A stretch of 64,000 nucleotides of DNA from NCBI GenBank assembly GCA_934148995.1, contig CAKPDM010000002.1, positions 63,487 to 127,486 on the forward strand, read 5' to 3'. The notes under the pieces are model-generated. The model searched no databases and was not told where the DNA came from. It saw only the letters and a list, made by a program, of their open reading frames with translations. Origin of the DNA: an uncultured Bacilli bacterium (GTDB lineage: Bacteria > Bacillota_I > Bacilli_A > RF39 > UBA660). Position numbers and translations under genes: made by a program. This document shows, piece after piece, positions 22,120 through 33,208 of this stretch (position 1 is its first letter; every line of letters begins with the position of its first letter).

Positions 22120-22215
22120 GCTATATTAAATTAATATAGATAAATTAAGTGGGAAGCAAACGTAAAAGCTATTAAGACCACTCGCGAAAACGAGGGAAGA
22201 AAGGATGTGTTTTTC
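22120..22215 (+). promoter_or_regulatory. structured rplK 5' leader (possible L1-binding mimic)
   Basis: A hairpin CTATATTAAATTAATATAG is followed by AGTGG-GAAGC..GCT-ATTAAGA-CCACT. This shares a GTGGGA(A/G)G ... TAAG core with the rplA leader. Confidence 0.3.
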
Positions 22216-22650
22216 GTGGCAAAGAAAGAAGTTGTAAAAAAGGTAGGTTTACAAATTCAAGCAGGAAAGGCTAACCCAGCTCCACCAGTTGGTACTGTAC
22301 TTGGACCTTTAGGAATTAATTTACAAGAATTTTGTACTAAGTACAATGATGCAACTAGAGATAAAATGGGAGATGTTGTACCTGTTGAAATTTCAGTTTA
22401 TGATGATCGTAGTTTTGATTTTGTAATTAAAACACCACCTACAAGTTTCTTAATTAAAAAGTATGCTAAAATTCAAAAAGGTTCTGTAAAAGGAAAGAAT
22501 GAAGTGGTAGCTACATTAACAAAAGAACAACTTAAAGAAATAGCAGAAATCAAATTACCAGATTTAAACTGCTATGATGTTGAAGAAGCTAAGAAAATTG
22601 TTGCAGGAACTGCTCAAAATATGGGTGTTGCTGTAGAAGAAGATAAGTAA
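22216..22650 (+). CDS. rplK: 50S ribosomal protein L11
   Basis: I moved the start to the GTG at 22216 (MAKKEVVKKVGLQIQAGKANPAPPVGTVLGP). The SD GGAAGAAAGGA lies about 11 nt upstream, whereas the ORF-track start at 22207 has no spacing to it. Confidence 0.95.
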   Translation: MAKKEVVKKVGLQIQAGKANPAPPVGTVLGPLGINLQEFCTKYNDATRDKMGDVVPVEISVYDDRSFDFVIKTPPTSFLIKKYAKIQKGSVKGKNEVVATLTKEQLKEIAEIKLPDLNCYDVEEAKKIVAGTAQNMGVAVEEDK

Positions 22651-22728
22651 TAACATATAGGTTTAAAACCTATGTGGGAGGAATTTAAGCTTTGCTTACC
22701 CCGTAAAACCACATAAGGAGGAATAAAA
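22651..22728 (+). promoter_or_regulatory. structured rplK-rplA spacer, candidate L1 autoregulatory site
   Basis: A perfect 7-bp helix TATGTGG (22671-22677)/CCACATA (22709-22715) encloses GAGGAATT, a TAAGC-TTT-GCTTA hairpin and CCCCGTAAAA. An upstream hairpin (22654-22676) competes for the 5' arm. Confidence 0.4.
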
Positions 22729-23427
22729 ATGAAGAAGAGAAGCAAAAAATATTGTGAAGCTCTTAAAAAAGTAGAAAAAGGTAAAATCTACATAAAAGAA
22801 GAAGCTGTTAAATTAGTAAAAGAGACAAGTATTACATCTTTTGATGCTTCAATTGAAATTGCTATGAGACTTAATCTTGATACTAAAAAAGCAGATCAAC
22901 AACTAAGAGGAGCAATTGTTTTACCAAAAGGAACAGGAAAAACTACTAAAGTATTAGTTATTGCTAAAGGAGATCAAGCTAAAGCTGCACTTGAAGCTGG
23001 AGCTGATTATGTTGGAGATACAGATATGTTAGAAAAAATCGAAAAAGAAAATTGGTTCGATTTTGATACTATGATTGCTACTCCAGATATGATGCCTTTA
23101 CTTGGTAGATTAGGTCGTGTTTTAGGACCTAAAGGATTAATGCCTAACCCTAAAACTGGTACTGTTACTACTGATGTTGCAAAAGCTGTAACTGATGCAA
23201 AAGCAGGACGTGTAGAATACCGTACTGATAGTTTTGGAAATATTCATGCTATCATTGGTAAGGCTTCATTCAGTGATGAAGATTTATTATCTAATATGAA
23301 TGCTTTTGTAGCTCAAATCGTTAAGATTAAACCAGCAACTGCAAAAGGTGAATATATTAAAAATATTTCAGTTTCATCAACAATGGGTCCTGGAATAAAA
23401 ATTGATACAAATAGTTTTGACAAATAG
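22729..23427 (+). CDS. rplA: 50S ribosomal protein L1
   Basis: 232 aa with [25 protein letters not shown] and [16 protein letters not shown]. Confidence 0.96.
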   Translation: MKKRSKKYCEALKKVEKGKIYIKEEAVKLVKETSITSFDASIEIAMRLNLDTKKADQQLRGAIVLPKGTGKTTKVLVIAKGDQAKAALEAGADYVGDTDMLEKIEKENWFDFDTMIATPDMMPLLGRLGRVLGPKGLMPNPKTGTVTTDVAKAVTDAKAGRVEYRTDSFGNIHAIIGKASFSDEDLLSNMNAFVAQIVKIKPATAKGEYIKNISVSSTMGPGIKIDTNSFDK

Positions 23428-23572
23428 TAATTTATAATATATAATAGTGTTAATTTGTTGGTGCCAAAGACAGTAGGTATAAAAATAAATCCTACCGAGG
23501 ACAACGTTCGTTAGAAAGTTCTCGAGTCTTTTGAGAACTTTTTTGCACCTTCAAACTAGATAGGAGGATGTT
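23428..23572 (+). promoter_or_regulatory. L10 (rplJ) leader with an intrinsic terminator/attenuator
   Basis: A GTAGG...CCTAC hairpin is followed by a 9-bp stem AAAGTTCTC (23515-23523)/GAGAACTTT (23533-23541) and a T-run, immediately upstream of rplJ. This matches the Firmicute L10-leader architecture. Confidence 0.6.
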
Positions 23573-24073
23573 ATGGCAAATAAGAAAATCTTAGAGAAAA
23601 AGCAATCAGTAATCGATGAAATCAAAGATAAAGTTAATGATAGCTCTAGTTTTGTATTATTCGATTATCGTGGTTTAACAGATGCTGAAATCAAAGAATT
23701 AAGATGTGCTTTAAGAAATGCTGATGCTAATTATAAAGTTTATAAAAACACTTTAATGGCAAGAGCATTCAATGATCTTGATATTGATTTATCATCATCT
23801 TTAGAAGGACCAAGCGCATTTGCTTATAGTAAGGATCAAATAGCACCTATTAAAGTATTATCAGATTTTGCAAAAGATCATGAAGCTTTAGTATTAAAAG
23901 TTGGTGTAGTTGATGGAGAAATCGCTGATTCTGAAAAATTAAAAGAATATGCAACTATCCCATCAAGAGATGGATTACTTACTATGCTTGCTGGTGGTAT
24001 GATAGGACTTGTTCGCGACCTATCAATCTGCTTAAATTTATATGGTGAACAAAAAGAAGAAAGTGAAAAATAA
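23573..24073 (+). CDS. rplJ: 50S ribosomal protein L10
   Basis: 166 aa with [17 protein letters not shown], in operon order. Confidence 0.95.
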   Translation: MANKKILEKKQSVIDEIKDKVNDSSSFVLFDYRGLTDAEIKELRCALRNADANYKVYKNTLMARAFNDLDIDLSSSLEGPSAFAYSKDQIAPIKVLSDFAKDHEALVLKVGVVDGEIADSEKLKEYATIPSRDGLLTMLAGGMIGLVRDLSICLNLYGEQKEESEK

Positions 24074-24086
24074 GGAGGAATATAAA

Positions 24087-24455
24087 ATGGCAAAATTAAC
24101 AAGAGATGAATTTATTAGCTCATTAAAAGAAATGAATCTTTTAGAAATTAAAGAATTAGTAGACGCAATGAAGGAGGAATTTGGTGTAGATCCATCTGCT
24201 GTAGCTGTTGCTGCTGCTCCAGCTGCTCAAGAAGATCAAGGACCTGCTACAGTTACAGTATCTATTTCTGATGCTGGAGCTGCTAAAGTAGCTGTTATCA
24301 AAGTAGTTCGTGAAATTACTGGTCTTGGATTAAAAGAATCTAAGGATTTAGTTGATAACGCTGGTTCTCCAATCAAAGAAAACATTTCTATGGAAGAAGC
24401 TAATGAAATTAAAGCTAAGCTTGAAGAAGCTGGAGCTACTGTTGAAGTTAAGTAA
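24087..24455 (+). CDS. rplL: 50S ribosomal protein L7/L12
   Basis: I moved the start to the ATG at 24087 ([16 protein letters not shown]), behind SD AAGGAGGAA. It has the Ala-rich hinge [10 protein letters not shown] and the C-terminus [14 protein letters not shown]. Confidence 0.96.
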   Translation: MAKLTRDEFISSLKEMNLLEIKELVDAMKEEFGVDPSAVAVAAAPAAQEDQGPATVTVSISDAGAAKVAVIKVVREITGLGLKESKDLVDNAGSPIKENISMEEANEIKAKLEEAGATVEVK

Positions 24456-24494
24456 TTGATGTAAAACAGACTTTAAATTTCAAATTAATAAGAT

Positions 24495-24522
24495 AAAAGG
24501 TAGCAATCTGCTATCTTTTTTG
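24495..24522 (+). terminator. terminator after rplL
   Basis: GGTAGCA-ATC-TGCTATC (one G-U pair), with an A-run before and TTTTTT after. Confidence 0.5.
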
Positions 24523-24552
24523 TTATTCTAGTAATAGTAGGAGGCAATTATT

Positions 24553-25131
24553 ATGGTATGCGGAAAGTGTAAAAAGAATATAGATACATATCCTTGCTAT
24601 GTATGTGGGTATGAAGGAAAGGAAGGAGAAAAACAAGTATCAAATTTTTCTTTTTCAGATTGTATTGATCAAGTATTTCACGTTCCTTATGCGGAAGATG
24701 TAAAAAAAGAAGCAATAATCATCCTAATATCGTGTATATTTGCATTTATTTTCTTTTTACTAAATATCCAATTTTTTAAAGGAAAAGATATAACAGTGCC
24801 GATAGCCTTTGGAGTTAATCCGTTTGCACAATTACTAGTTTGTATATTTTTTGGAATATTTTTGTACTACCATAGAAAAACTTCACTTTTAACTTCTTTT
24901 GTTGGTTGTGTTGTAATAGCATCATTTAACTTTTTTATTACAGCCTTGATGTTATTTAGGCAAACTTATTCCTTTGTTTATGTGATATTGTTATTTTACC
25001 TTTTGATAAGAGTAATAACTTCAATATTTATGAATAAGATATCAAGTTATTGGTTGTTATCAACTATATTTGTATCATTTGCAACAGTTTACAGTTTACT
25101 TGCTTGCACAATGATGATAATTTGCAGTTAA
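24553..25131 (+). CDS. zinc-ribbon polytopic membrane protein, function unknown
   Basis: 192 aa. The N-terminus has CGKC-x10-CYVC, followed by about 4-5 TM helices. Confidence 0.55.
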   Translation: MVCGKCKKNIDTYPCYVCGYEGKEGEKQVSNFSFSDCIDQVFHVPYAEDVKKEAIIILISCIFAFIFFLLNIQFFKGKDITVPIAFGVNPFAQLLVCIFFGIFLYYHRKTSLLTSFVGCVVIASFNFFITALMLFRQTYSFVYVILLFYLLIRVITSIFMNKISSYWLLSTIFVSFATVYSLLACTMMIICS

Positions 25132-25144
25132 TGAGAAAAAAGTG

Positions 25145-25173
25145 TTGACGGTTAAGAAAAAATATTGTATTAT
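25145..25173 (+). promoter_or_regulatory. candidate promoter for the methyltransferase-rpoBC unit
   Basis: TTGACG (25145-25150), 17-nt spacer, TATTAT (25168-25173). Confidence 0.5.
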
Positions 25174-25245
25174 AACGATACGAAAGGAGACAACTATTTA
25201 TCTTTATTGATGAAGAGTTGTCTTTTTCTTGTTTGGAGTGGGAAA

Positions 25246-25839
25246 ATGCCTCAATATTTTGAAAACGATAAAAATTTAAAAAGTCAGTTAAAAAAGATAA
25301 ATTATTCAATATTTAATAAAAATTTTACATTTTATACCGATAATGGTGTGTTTGCTAAAAATGGTGTAGATTATGGTAGCAAATTATTACTTGAAACAGT
25401 TGTAGATTCATCATTTTCTTATCATTCAATTTTAGATGTAGGGTGTGGTTATGGAACTTTAGGAATTATTTTAAATAAAGTATATGATTGTCCTACTACG
25501 ATGATTGATATTAATAAACGAGCTTTACATTTAACTAAAAGAAATATTTTAGAAAATAAATGTAATGATATATTGGTATTTGAAAGTGATGCTTATGAAA
25601 AGGTAGAGGCTAAATATGATTTAATTGTAACTAATCCGCCAATTCATGCAGGTAAGAAAAAGGTTTATGAAATACTTTTAGAAGCTAAAAATCATTTGTC
25701 AGAAAATGGGAAACTCTTTTTTGTAATTCATAAAGATCAAGGTGCTAAATCAGTGTCTCGTGATTTAAGTGAAAAATATAAAATAGAAGTTTTGAGAAAA
25801 GAAAAAGGTTTTTTCATAATTCTAGCGCAAAACTGTTGA
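25246..25839 (+). CDS. class I SAM-dependent (RsmC/RsmD-like) methyltransferase, positional equivalent of B. subtilis ybxB
   Basis: I moved the start to the ATG at 25246 (MPQYFENDK), behind SD GGAGTGGG. Motif I is ILDVGCGYGTLG and motif IV is VTNPPIHAG. It lies between rplL and rpoB. Confidence 0.8.
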   Translation: MPQYFENDKNLKSQLKKINYSIFNKNFTFYTDNGVFAKNGVDYGSKLLLETVVDSSFSYHSILDVGCGYGTLGIILNKVYDCPTTMIDINKRALHLTKRNILENKCNDILVFESDAYEKVEAKYDLIVTNPPIHAGKKKVYEILLEAKNHLSENGKLFFVIHKDQGAKSVSRDLSEKYKIEVLRKEKGFFIILAQNC

Positions 25840-25934
25840 CTTGTTGCTAGAAGTGTGTTAATAATATAAATTGGCAACGTGTTATTTTCAGAGTAACATT
25901 TGTACGAAAAATTTGTGTATAGGGGTGAAGATGA

Positions 25935-28900
25935 GTGGCATATAAAATAGTAAAATATGGAAAACATCGCGAAAGAAGAAATTATTCAAAAATAAGAAAT
26001 ACTTATGAGTTAAAGGATTTATTAGAAATTCAAAAGAAATCATATGATTGGTTTATCACTACTGGAATTAAGGAAGTATTCGAGGATTTATTTCCTGTGG
26101 AAAACTTTTCTGGTACACTATCTTTAGAATTTGGAGATTATCATTTTGATACACCAAGATATACTATTAAAGAAAGTAAAGACAGAGAAACTACATATGC
26201 ATCTCCTTTAAAAGTAGAAGTTCGTTTATTTAATAGGGAAACTGGAGAAGTAAAAGAACAAGAAATCTTTATGGGTGATATGCCTACTATGACTGATAGT
26301 GGTACATTTGTAATTAATGGTGCAGAACGTGTTATAGTATCACAATTAGTACGTAGTCCTAGTGTTTATTACAATAGAGAAATAGATAAAAATGGGCGTG
26401 AATTAATTACATCTCAAATCATCCCTACACGTGGTACTTGGTTGGAATTTGAAACCGATGCAAGAGATGTTTTATATGTAAGAATTGATAGAACAAGAAA
26501 AGTAACTCTTACTACTCTTTTACGTGCTTTTGGACTTTCTTCTGATGAAGAAATCTTAAAGATGTTTGGAGAAGATGATTACTTAAAAAATACAATTCAA
26601 AAAGATTCAACTAAAAATACAGATGAAGCTTTAATTGAAATTTATGAAAAATTAAGACCAGGTGAACCAGCTACTCTTGATTCATCTAAGAACCAAATCA
26701 TTACTAGATTTTTTGATGAATTCCGTTATGATTTAGCAAAAGTTGGTCGTTATAAGTTCAATAGAAAATTAAATATTTTAGATCGTTTATTAAATCAAAC
26801 ATTAGCTGAAGATATTAAAATTAATGGTGAAGTTAAATTTGCTAAAGGTACTAAAATTGATAAAGATGTATTATTAGAATTAAAAGATATATTTGCTGAT
26901 GGTTATGGTGTGATTGAAGCAAAAATTAATGAAGACTTAGACACTTATAATAAAGTTCAAGAAATTAAGATTGTTAATCCAGAAGATAAGAAGAAAACAT
27001 TAACAGTTATTGGTAATGATCAAACTTTAGATGTTAAGAGATTAACTATTTCTGATGTATATGCTTCAGTATCTTACTACTTAAACTTATTACATGGTGT
27101 TGGTAACTTTGATGAAATTGATCATTTGGGAAATAGACGTATTCGTCAAGTAGGAGAACTTTTACAAAACCAATTCCGTATAGGTGTTTCAAGAATGGAA
27201 CGTGTTATTCGTGAAAGAATGACTACACAAGAAATGGAAGAAGTAACTCCTAAAACATTAATTAATATTCGTCCAGTAACAGCTGCAATGAAAGAATTCT
27301 TTGGTAGCAGTCAATTATCACAATTTATGGACCAAACAAACCCAGTTGCAGAACTTACTAATAAAAGACGTTTATCTGCTTTAGGACCAGGTGGACTTTC
27401 TCGTGATAGAGCGGGTGTTGAAGTTCGTGACGTTAATGCTTCTCACTATGGTAGAATTTGCCCAATTGAGTCACCAGAAGGACCAAACATTGGACTTATT
27501 ACTTCACTTGCAAGTTATGCTAAAATTGATGAGTATGGTTTCATAATGACTCCATATCGTAAAGTTGAAAATTGTAAAATAACAGATCAAGTTGATTATT
27601 TAACAGCTGATGAAGAACAAGACTATATAATCAGTCAATCAACAGTAAATACAGATGAAGATAACGTAATTATAGATAAACAAGTATCTGCAAGATTCCG
27701 TGATGAAAATATTCTTGCTAAACCAGAACAAGTTGATTATATTGATGTATCACCTCAACAAGTTGTATCTGTAACAACAAGTTGTATTCCATTCCTAGAA
27801 CATGATGATGCACATAGAGCATTAATGGGTGCTAACATGCAACGTCAAGCAATGCCACTTTTAAAAACAGAAGCTCCTTACATTGGAACTGGTGTTGAAC
27901 ATATTGCAGCAAAAGATTCAGGTGTTTGTGTTGTAGCTAAAGCTGATGGTATTGTTTCTTATGTAGATGCTAAGAAGGTTAAAGTTAAAACTAAAAATGG
28001 TGAAGATACTTACTACTTAGCTAACTTTGAATTAGCAAACTCAGGAATTTGTAATCATCAACGTCCAATTGTTCAAGTTGGTGAAGAAGTAGTTGCTGGA
28101 AAAACTATTATTGCTGATGGTAATAGTACTGATATGGGTGAATTAGCTCTTGGTAAAAACGTTACTGTAGCATTTATGACATTTAATGGTTATAACTATG
28201 AGGATGCTGTAATACTTAATGAAAACTTAGTAAAAGATGATAAATATACTTCTCTACATTTGGAAGACTACGAAATGCAATGTAGAGAAACTAAACTTGG
28301 ACCAGAAGAAATTACTAGAGATATTCCAAACGTTAGTGAAGAAGCAAGAAGAAACCTTGATGAAAATGGTATTGTTACTATTGGTACAGAAGTTAAAGAA
28401 GGAGATATTCTTGTTGGAAAAGTTACTCCAAAAGGAATGGCTGAATTAACTAGTGAAGAAAAATTATTACATGCTATCTTTGGTGAAAAAACTCGTGAAG
28501 TTCGTGACACTTCATTAAGAGTTCCACATGGTGGAGATGGTATTGTTCATGATATTAAGATTTATTCAAGAAAAGATAATGATGAATTACCAGCTGGTGT
28601 TTCTAAAGTAATTAGAGTATATATTATTCAAAAGAGAAAGATTCAAGTAGGAGACAAGATGTCTGGTCGTCATGGTAATAAGGGTGTTATTTCTCTTATT
28701 CTTCCACAAGAAGATATGCCATATTTACCAGATGGTCGTCCAGTTGATATTATGCTTAACCCACAAGGTGTTCCATCTCGTATGAACTTAGGACAGATTC
28801 TAGAATTACATATGGGAATGGCTGCTAAGAAATTAGGTGAGTATGTAGCAACGCCAGTATTTGATGGAGCACATATTTCTGATATTGAAGAAATGATGGA

Positions 28901-29528
28901 AGAAGCTGGAATGGACAAAGATGGAAAAACAATTCTATATGATGGACGTTCTGGTGAACCGTTTGATAATCGTATTTCTGTAGGTATTATGTATATGATT
29001 AAATTACATCATATGGTTGATGATAAACTACATGCTAGAAGTACTGGACCTTATTCATTAGTAACACAACAACCACTTGGAGGAAAAGCTCAGTTTGGTG
29101 GTCAACGTTTCGGTGAAATGGAAGTTTGGGCATTATATGCTTATGGTGCTGCTTATACATTACAAGAAATGATGACAGTTAAATCAGATGATGTAGTTGG
29201 TCGTGTTAGAGTATTTGAGTCAATCGTTAAAGGACAAGAAATTAACGAAGCAGGTATACCAGAATCATTTAGAGTATTAATGAAAGAATTTCAAGCTTTA
29301 GGACTTGATATTTCAATCATTAATGATGAAGGAAAAGCTTTAGATTTAAAAGAAATAGAAGAAGCTGAAGAAATAGCTGAGGCTGAAGAATTAGATAGAG
29401 CAACAAGAGAAGCACTTCAAGATAATACAAAAGATATGGTAAAAGAAATTAAAGAAGAAATTACTGAAGAAGATTTAGATGATAGTGATTTAATAGAGGG
29501 GGATGACGAAGATGATGGAAGTAAATAG
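25935..29528 (+). CDS. rpoB: DNA-directed RNA polymerase subunit beta
   Basis: 1197 aa with a GTG start behind GGGGTGA. Contains [41 protein letters not shown] and [11 protein letters not shown]. Confidence 0.98.
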   Translation: MAYKIVKYGKHRERRNYSKIRNTYELKDLLEIQKKSYDWFITTGIKEVFEDLFPVENFSGTLSLEFGDYHFDTPRYTIKESKDRETTYASPLKVEVRLFNRETGEVKEQEIFMGDMPTMTDSGTFVINGAERVIVSQLVRSPSVYYNREIDKNGRELITSQIIPTRGTWLEFETDARDVLYVRIDRTRKVTLTTLLRAFGLSSDEEILKMFGEDDYLKNTIQKDSTKNTDEALIEIYEKLRPGEPATLDSSKNQIITRFFDEFRYDLAKVGRYKFNRKLNILDRLLNQTLAEDIKINGEVKFAKGTKIDKDVLLELKDIFADGYGVIEAKINEDLDTYNKVQEIKIVNPEDKKKTLTVIGNDQTLDVKRLTISDVYASVSYYLNLLHGVGNFDEIDHLGNRRIRQVGELLQNQFRIGVSRMERVIRERMTTQEMEEVTPKTLINIRPVTAAMKEFFGSSQLSQFMDQTNPVAELTNKRRLSALGPGGLSRDRAGVEVRDVNASHYGRICPIESPEGPNIGLITSLASYAKIDEYGFIMTPYRKVENCKITDQVDYLTADEEQDYIISQSTVNTDEDNVIIDKQVSARFRDENILAKPEQVDYIDVSPQQVVSVTTSCIPFLEHDDAHRALMGANMQRQAMPLLKTEAPYIGTGVEHIAAKDSGVCVVAKADGIVSYVDAKKVKVKTKNGEDTYYLANFELANSGICNHQRPIVQVGEEVVAGKTIIADGNSTDMGELALGKNVTVAFMTFNGYNYEDAVILNENLVKDDKYTSLHLEDYEMQCRETKLGPEEITRDIPNVSEEARRNLDENGIVTIGTEVKEGDILVGKVTPKGMAELTSEEKLLHAIFGEKTREVRDTSLRVPHGGDGIVHDIKIYSRKDNDELPAGVSKVIRVYIIQKRKIQVGDKMSGRHGNKGVISLILPQEDMPYLPDGRPVDIMLNPQGVPSRMNLGQILELHMGMAAKKLGEYVATPVFDGAHISDIEEMMEEAGMDKDGKTILYDGRSGEPFDNRISVGIMYMIKLHHMVDDKLHARSTGPYSLVTQQPLGGKAQFGGQRFGEMEVWALYAYGAAYTLQEMMTVKSDDVVGRVRVFESIVKGQEINEAGIPESFRVLMKEFQALGLDISIINDEGKALDLKEIEEAEEIAEAEELDRATREALQDNTKDMVKEIKEEITEEDLDDSDLIEGDDEDDGSK

Positions 29529-32500
29529 ATTCGATGGAATTAAGATTGGTATTGCATCTCCAGAAAAGATAAGGGAATGGTCTCATGGCGAAGTTAAAAA
29601 GCCAGAGACTATCAATTATCGTACTTTAAGACCAGAACGTGATGGACTTTTCTGTGAAAAGATTTTTGGACCTACTAAAGACTTTGAATGTGCTTGTGGA
29701 AAATATAAACGAGTTCGTTATAAAAATATTGTTTGTGACCGCTGTGGTGTAGAAGTTACTAAAGCTAAAGTAAGACGTGAGAGAATGGGACATATTGAAC
29801 TTGCTAGTCCTGTTTCTCACATCTGGTTCTTTAAGGGTGTTCCATCTCGTATGGGATTAGTACTTGATATGAGTCCAAGAGATTTGGAAGAAGTATTATA
29901 TTTCGTTAGTTATGTTGTAATTGACAAGGGAAATGCTCCGCTTGAAAATAAACAAACATTATCTGAAAAAGAATATCGTGCTTACTATGAAAAATATGGT
30001 AATGGTTTCAAAGTAGGTATGGGTGCTGAAGCTATTAAAGCTTTATTAAAGAAAGTAGATTTGGAACACGATATCAATGTAATTAATAAAGAACTTGAAA
30101 CTGCCCAAGGACAAAAGAGAGTTCGTTTATTAAAGAGATTAGATGTTTTAAATGCCTTCTATCAATCAGGTCAAAAACCAGAATGGATGATTTTGGATTG
30201 TATTCCAGTTATACCACCTGAGTTACGTCCAATGATTCAATTAGATGGTGGAAGATTTGCTACTAGTGATTTAAATGATTTATATCGTCGTGTTATTAAC
30301 CGTAATAACCGTCTAAAGAAATTAATCGATTTAGGAGCTCCTGGTATCATTATTCAAAATGAAAAGAGAATGCTTCAAGAAGCAGTCGATGCTTTATTTG
30401 ACAATGGTCGTCGTGGTAGAAGTGTTACAGGTGCTGGAAATCGTCCTTTGAAATCACTTTCTAGTATGTTAAAAGGTAAACAAGGGCGTTTCCGTCAGAA
30501 CTTATTAGGTAAACGTGTTGACTATTCTGGCCGTTCAGTTATCGTTGTTGGTCCATCTTTAAAGATGTATCAATGTGGTATTCCAAAGGAAATGGCTCTA
30601 GAATTATTTAAACCACATGTTATCAATGGTTTAGTAAGTAGAGATATTGCCCATAATATTAAAGCTGCTAAGAGATTAATTGAAAATCAAGATCCAGTAG
30701 TTTGGGATATTGTTGAAGATGTAATTAAAGAGCATCCTGTTTTATTAAACCGTGCTCCTACATTGCACCGTTTAGGAATTCAGGCTTTTGAACCAGTTTT
30801 AGTTGGTGGTAAAGCAATTAGATTACATCCATTAGTGTGTCCTGCTTTTAATGCTGATTTCGATGGTGACCAGATGGCTGTTCACGTACCATTATCAGAA
30901 GAAGCACAGGCAGAAGCTAGATTATTAATGTTAGGTTCTAATAACATTCTTCACCCAAAAAGTGGAGACCCAATTGTTACACCAAGCCAGGATATGGTTT
31001 TAGGTAACTACTATATTACAATGGAAAAAGCAGGTGAAGAAGGAGAAGGTCGTGTCTTTAAAGATTGTAATGAAGCTTTAATGGCTTATGAAAGACGTGA
31101 AATTACTCTTCATACTCGTATTGTTATTCCTGTAGATTCATTTAAATATAAATTATTTACTGAAGCTCAAAAAGGTAAATACTTAGTAACTACTGCTGGT
31201 AAAATTAAGTTTAATGAAATCTTACCCGATTCATTCCCTTATATTAATGAACCAACAGATGAGAATATTCAAAATATTACTCCAAATAAGTATTTCTTAC
31301 CACAAGGAGCTAATATCAAAGAAGAAATTAGTAAAATGGACTTAGTTAAACCATTTGCTAAAGGAACTTTAGAAAAGATTATTGCTCAGGTATTCAAACG
31401 TTATAAGACTACTGAAACTTCTGCAATGCTTGATAAAATGAAAGACTTAGGTTTCTATTACTCAACAATTGCAGGTATTACTGTTTCAATGTCAGATATT
31501 GCTACAAGTCGTCATAAACAAGAATTTGTTGATGAAGGACAAGCTATGGTTGATAAAATTAACAAACAATACTCTCGTGGTTTAATTACTGAAGAAGAAC
31601 GTCATGAGAAAGTTATTGAAACTTGGTATGGTGTTAAAGATAAAGTTCAATCAGAACTTGAAGAAATTTCTAAAGAACAAATTGACAATCCAATTTTCAT
31701 GATGATGCATTCTAAAGCTCGTGGTAATATTTCAAACTTTACACAGGTTGCTGGTATGCGTGGTTTAATGCAGAAACCAAATGGAGATCCAATTGAAATT
31801 CCAGTTCTTTCAAACTTTAAAGAAGGTCTTTCAGTATCTGAATTCTTCTTATCTACTCACTCTGCTCGTAAGGGTGATGCTGATACAGCATTAAAGACAG
31901 CTGACTCTGGTTATTTAACACGTCGTCTTGTTGATGTCAGTCAAGATATGATTGTACGTGAAGAAGACTGTGGAACAGAACAAGGAGTAGTAGCCCATGC
32001 CTTTATTAATGAAAAAACAGGTTCAGTTATTGAAAGTTTAAAAGATCGTATTGTTGGACGCTATGCTAGTAAGAAAGTAATAAATCCTAATACAAAAGAA
32101 GTAATAATTGACCGTAATGAATTTATTACTGAAGCTCTTGCTGATAAAGTAGTAGCAGCTGGAGTAGAAGCAGTAGAAATTCGTACAATTTTAACATGTA
32201 ATACTGAAAAAGGTGTATGTCAAAAATGTTATGGTCGTAACTTAGCAACTGGTAACTTAGTAGAAATCGGTGAAGCTATCGGTGTAATGGCAGCTCAATC
32301 TATTGGTGAACCAGGTACTCAGCTTACAATGCGTACATTCCATACTGGTGGTGTTGCCGGTGGAGAAGATATTACTCAAGGTCTTCCTCGTGTTCAAGAA
32401 TTATTTGAAGCTAGAAATCCAAAAGGTAAAGCAACTATTGCAGAAATTGACGGTAAAGTTTCTAAAATTACTGAAGACCATGGTAAATTTAAAATTAGTA

Positions 32501-33144
32501 TTACTAATAAACTAGAAACTAAAGAACATGTTTCTAACTATGGAGCTAAATTAGCAGTAGAAAAAGGACAAGAAGTTCACTGTGGTGATAAACTAACCGA
32601 AGGAGCTATAAGTCCAAAAGAATTATTAGCTGTAACAGATCCAATTACAACACAAGAATATATTTTGAAAGAAGTTCAAAACACATATCGTTCTCAAGGT
32701 GTTGATATTTCTGATAAACATATCGAAGTAATTGCTCGTAGAATGATTAGTAAAATCCGTATTGTTGACGGTGGAGATACTAAATTCTTACCTGGTAGTC
32801 TTGTTAACTTCCGTGAATTTACTGAAGGAAATAAAGAAATTATCATTAGAGGTAAGAAACCAGCTACTGGTCGTCCTATCCTTTTAGGAATTACAAAAGC
32901 ATCTCTTGAAACCGATTCATTCTTATCAGCTGCATCATTCCAAGAAACAACTAGAATTTTAACTGATGCATCTATTCGTGGTAAGGTTGATAAACTAGAA
33001 GGTCTAAAGGAAAATGTTTTACTTGGTAAATTAATTCCTGCAGGTACTGGTTTAAAACATTATCGTGATGTATCATACAACTTAGAAAGTGACTTAATGG
33101 ATGATGAACCATTAGATCAATTAGAAGATGAAATTATGGAGTAG
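29512..33144 (+). CDS. rpoC: DNA-directed RNA polymerase subunit beta'
   Basis: I chose the ATG at 29512 ([23 protein letters not shown]), 9 nt after GAGGGGG. The ORF-track ATG at 29503 abuts the SD. Contains [12 protein letters not shown] and the zinc motif [20 protein letters not shown]. Confidence 0.97.
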   Translation: MMEVNRFDGIKIGIASPEKIREWSHGEVKKPETINYRTLRPERDGLFCEKIFGPTKDFECACGKYKRVRYKNIVCDRCGVEVTKAKVRRERMGHIELASPVSHIWFFKGVPSRMGLVLDMSPRDLEEVLYFVSYVVIDKGNAPLENKQTLSEKEYRAYYEKYGNGFKVGMGAEAIKALLKKVDLEHDINVINKELETAQGQKRVRLLKRLDVLNAFYQSGQKPEWMILDCIPVIPPELRPMIQLDGGRFATSDLNDLYRRVINRNNRLKKLIDLGAPGIIIQNEKRMLQEAVDALFDNGRRGRSVTGAGNRPLKSLSSMLKGKQGRFRQNLLGKRVDYSGRSVIVVGPSLKMYQCGIPKEMALELFKPHVINGLVSRDIAHNIKAAKRLIENQDPVVWDIVEDVIKEHPVLLNRAPTLHRLGIQAFEPVLVGGKAIRLHPLVCPAFNADFDGDQMAVHVPLSEEAQAEARLLMLGSNNILHPKSGDPIVTPSQDMVLGNYYITMEKAGEEGEGRVFKDCNEALMAYERREITLHTRIVIPVDSFKYKLFTEAQKGKYLVTTAGKIKFNEILPDSFPYINEPTDENIQNITPNKYFLPQGANIKEEISKMDLVKPFAKGTLEKIIAQVFKRYKTTETSAMLDKMKDLGFYYSTIAGITVSMSDIATSRHKQEFVDEGQAMVDKINKQYSRGLITEEERHEKVIETWYGVKDKVQSELEEISKEQIDNPIFMMMHSKARGNISNFTQVAGMRGLMQKPNGDPIEIPVLSNFKEGLSVSEFFLSTHSARKGDADTALKTADSGYLTRRLVDVSQDMIVREEDCGTEQGVVAHAFINEKTGSVIESLKDRIVGRYASKKVINPNTKEVIIDRNEFITEALADKVVAAGVEAVEIRTILTCNTEKGVCQKCYGRNLATGNLVEIGEAIGVMAAQSIGEPGTQLTMRTFHTGGVAGGEDITQGLPRVQELFEARNPKGKATIAEIDGKVSKITEDHGKFKISITNKLETKEHVSNYGAKLAVEKGQEVHCGDKLTEGAISPKELLAVTDPITTQEYILKEVQNTYRSQGVDISDKHIEVIARRMISKIRIVDGGDTKFLPGSLVNFREFTEGNKEIIIRGKKPATGRPILLGITKASLETDSFLSAASFQETTRILTDASIRGKVDKLEGLKENVLLGKLIPAGTGLKHYRDVSYNLESDLMDDEPLDQLEDEIME

Positions 33145-33167
33145 TTTTTACTACTCTTTTCTTTTTT
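33139..33167 (+). terminator. intrinsic terminator after rpoC
   Basis: GAGTAGT-TTTT-ACTACTC followed by TTTTCTTTTTT. Confidence 0.7.
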
Positions 33168-33208
33168 GGGTTTTTGTGTTATCCTTCTAGAAGAAGAGGT
33201 AAAAGTTT

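Noticed and set aside
25209-25223. An identical 14-mer, ATGAAGAGTTGTCT, is shared by the leader hairpin at about 25210-25223 and the spo0A terminator at about 41420-41433.
   Set aside because: The shared segment pairs in different registers in the two hairpins, and there is no extended similarity around it. It is most likely coincidence in AT-rich sequence, though a genome-wide count would settle it.
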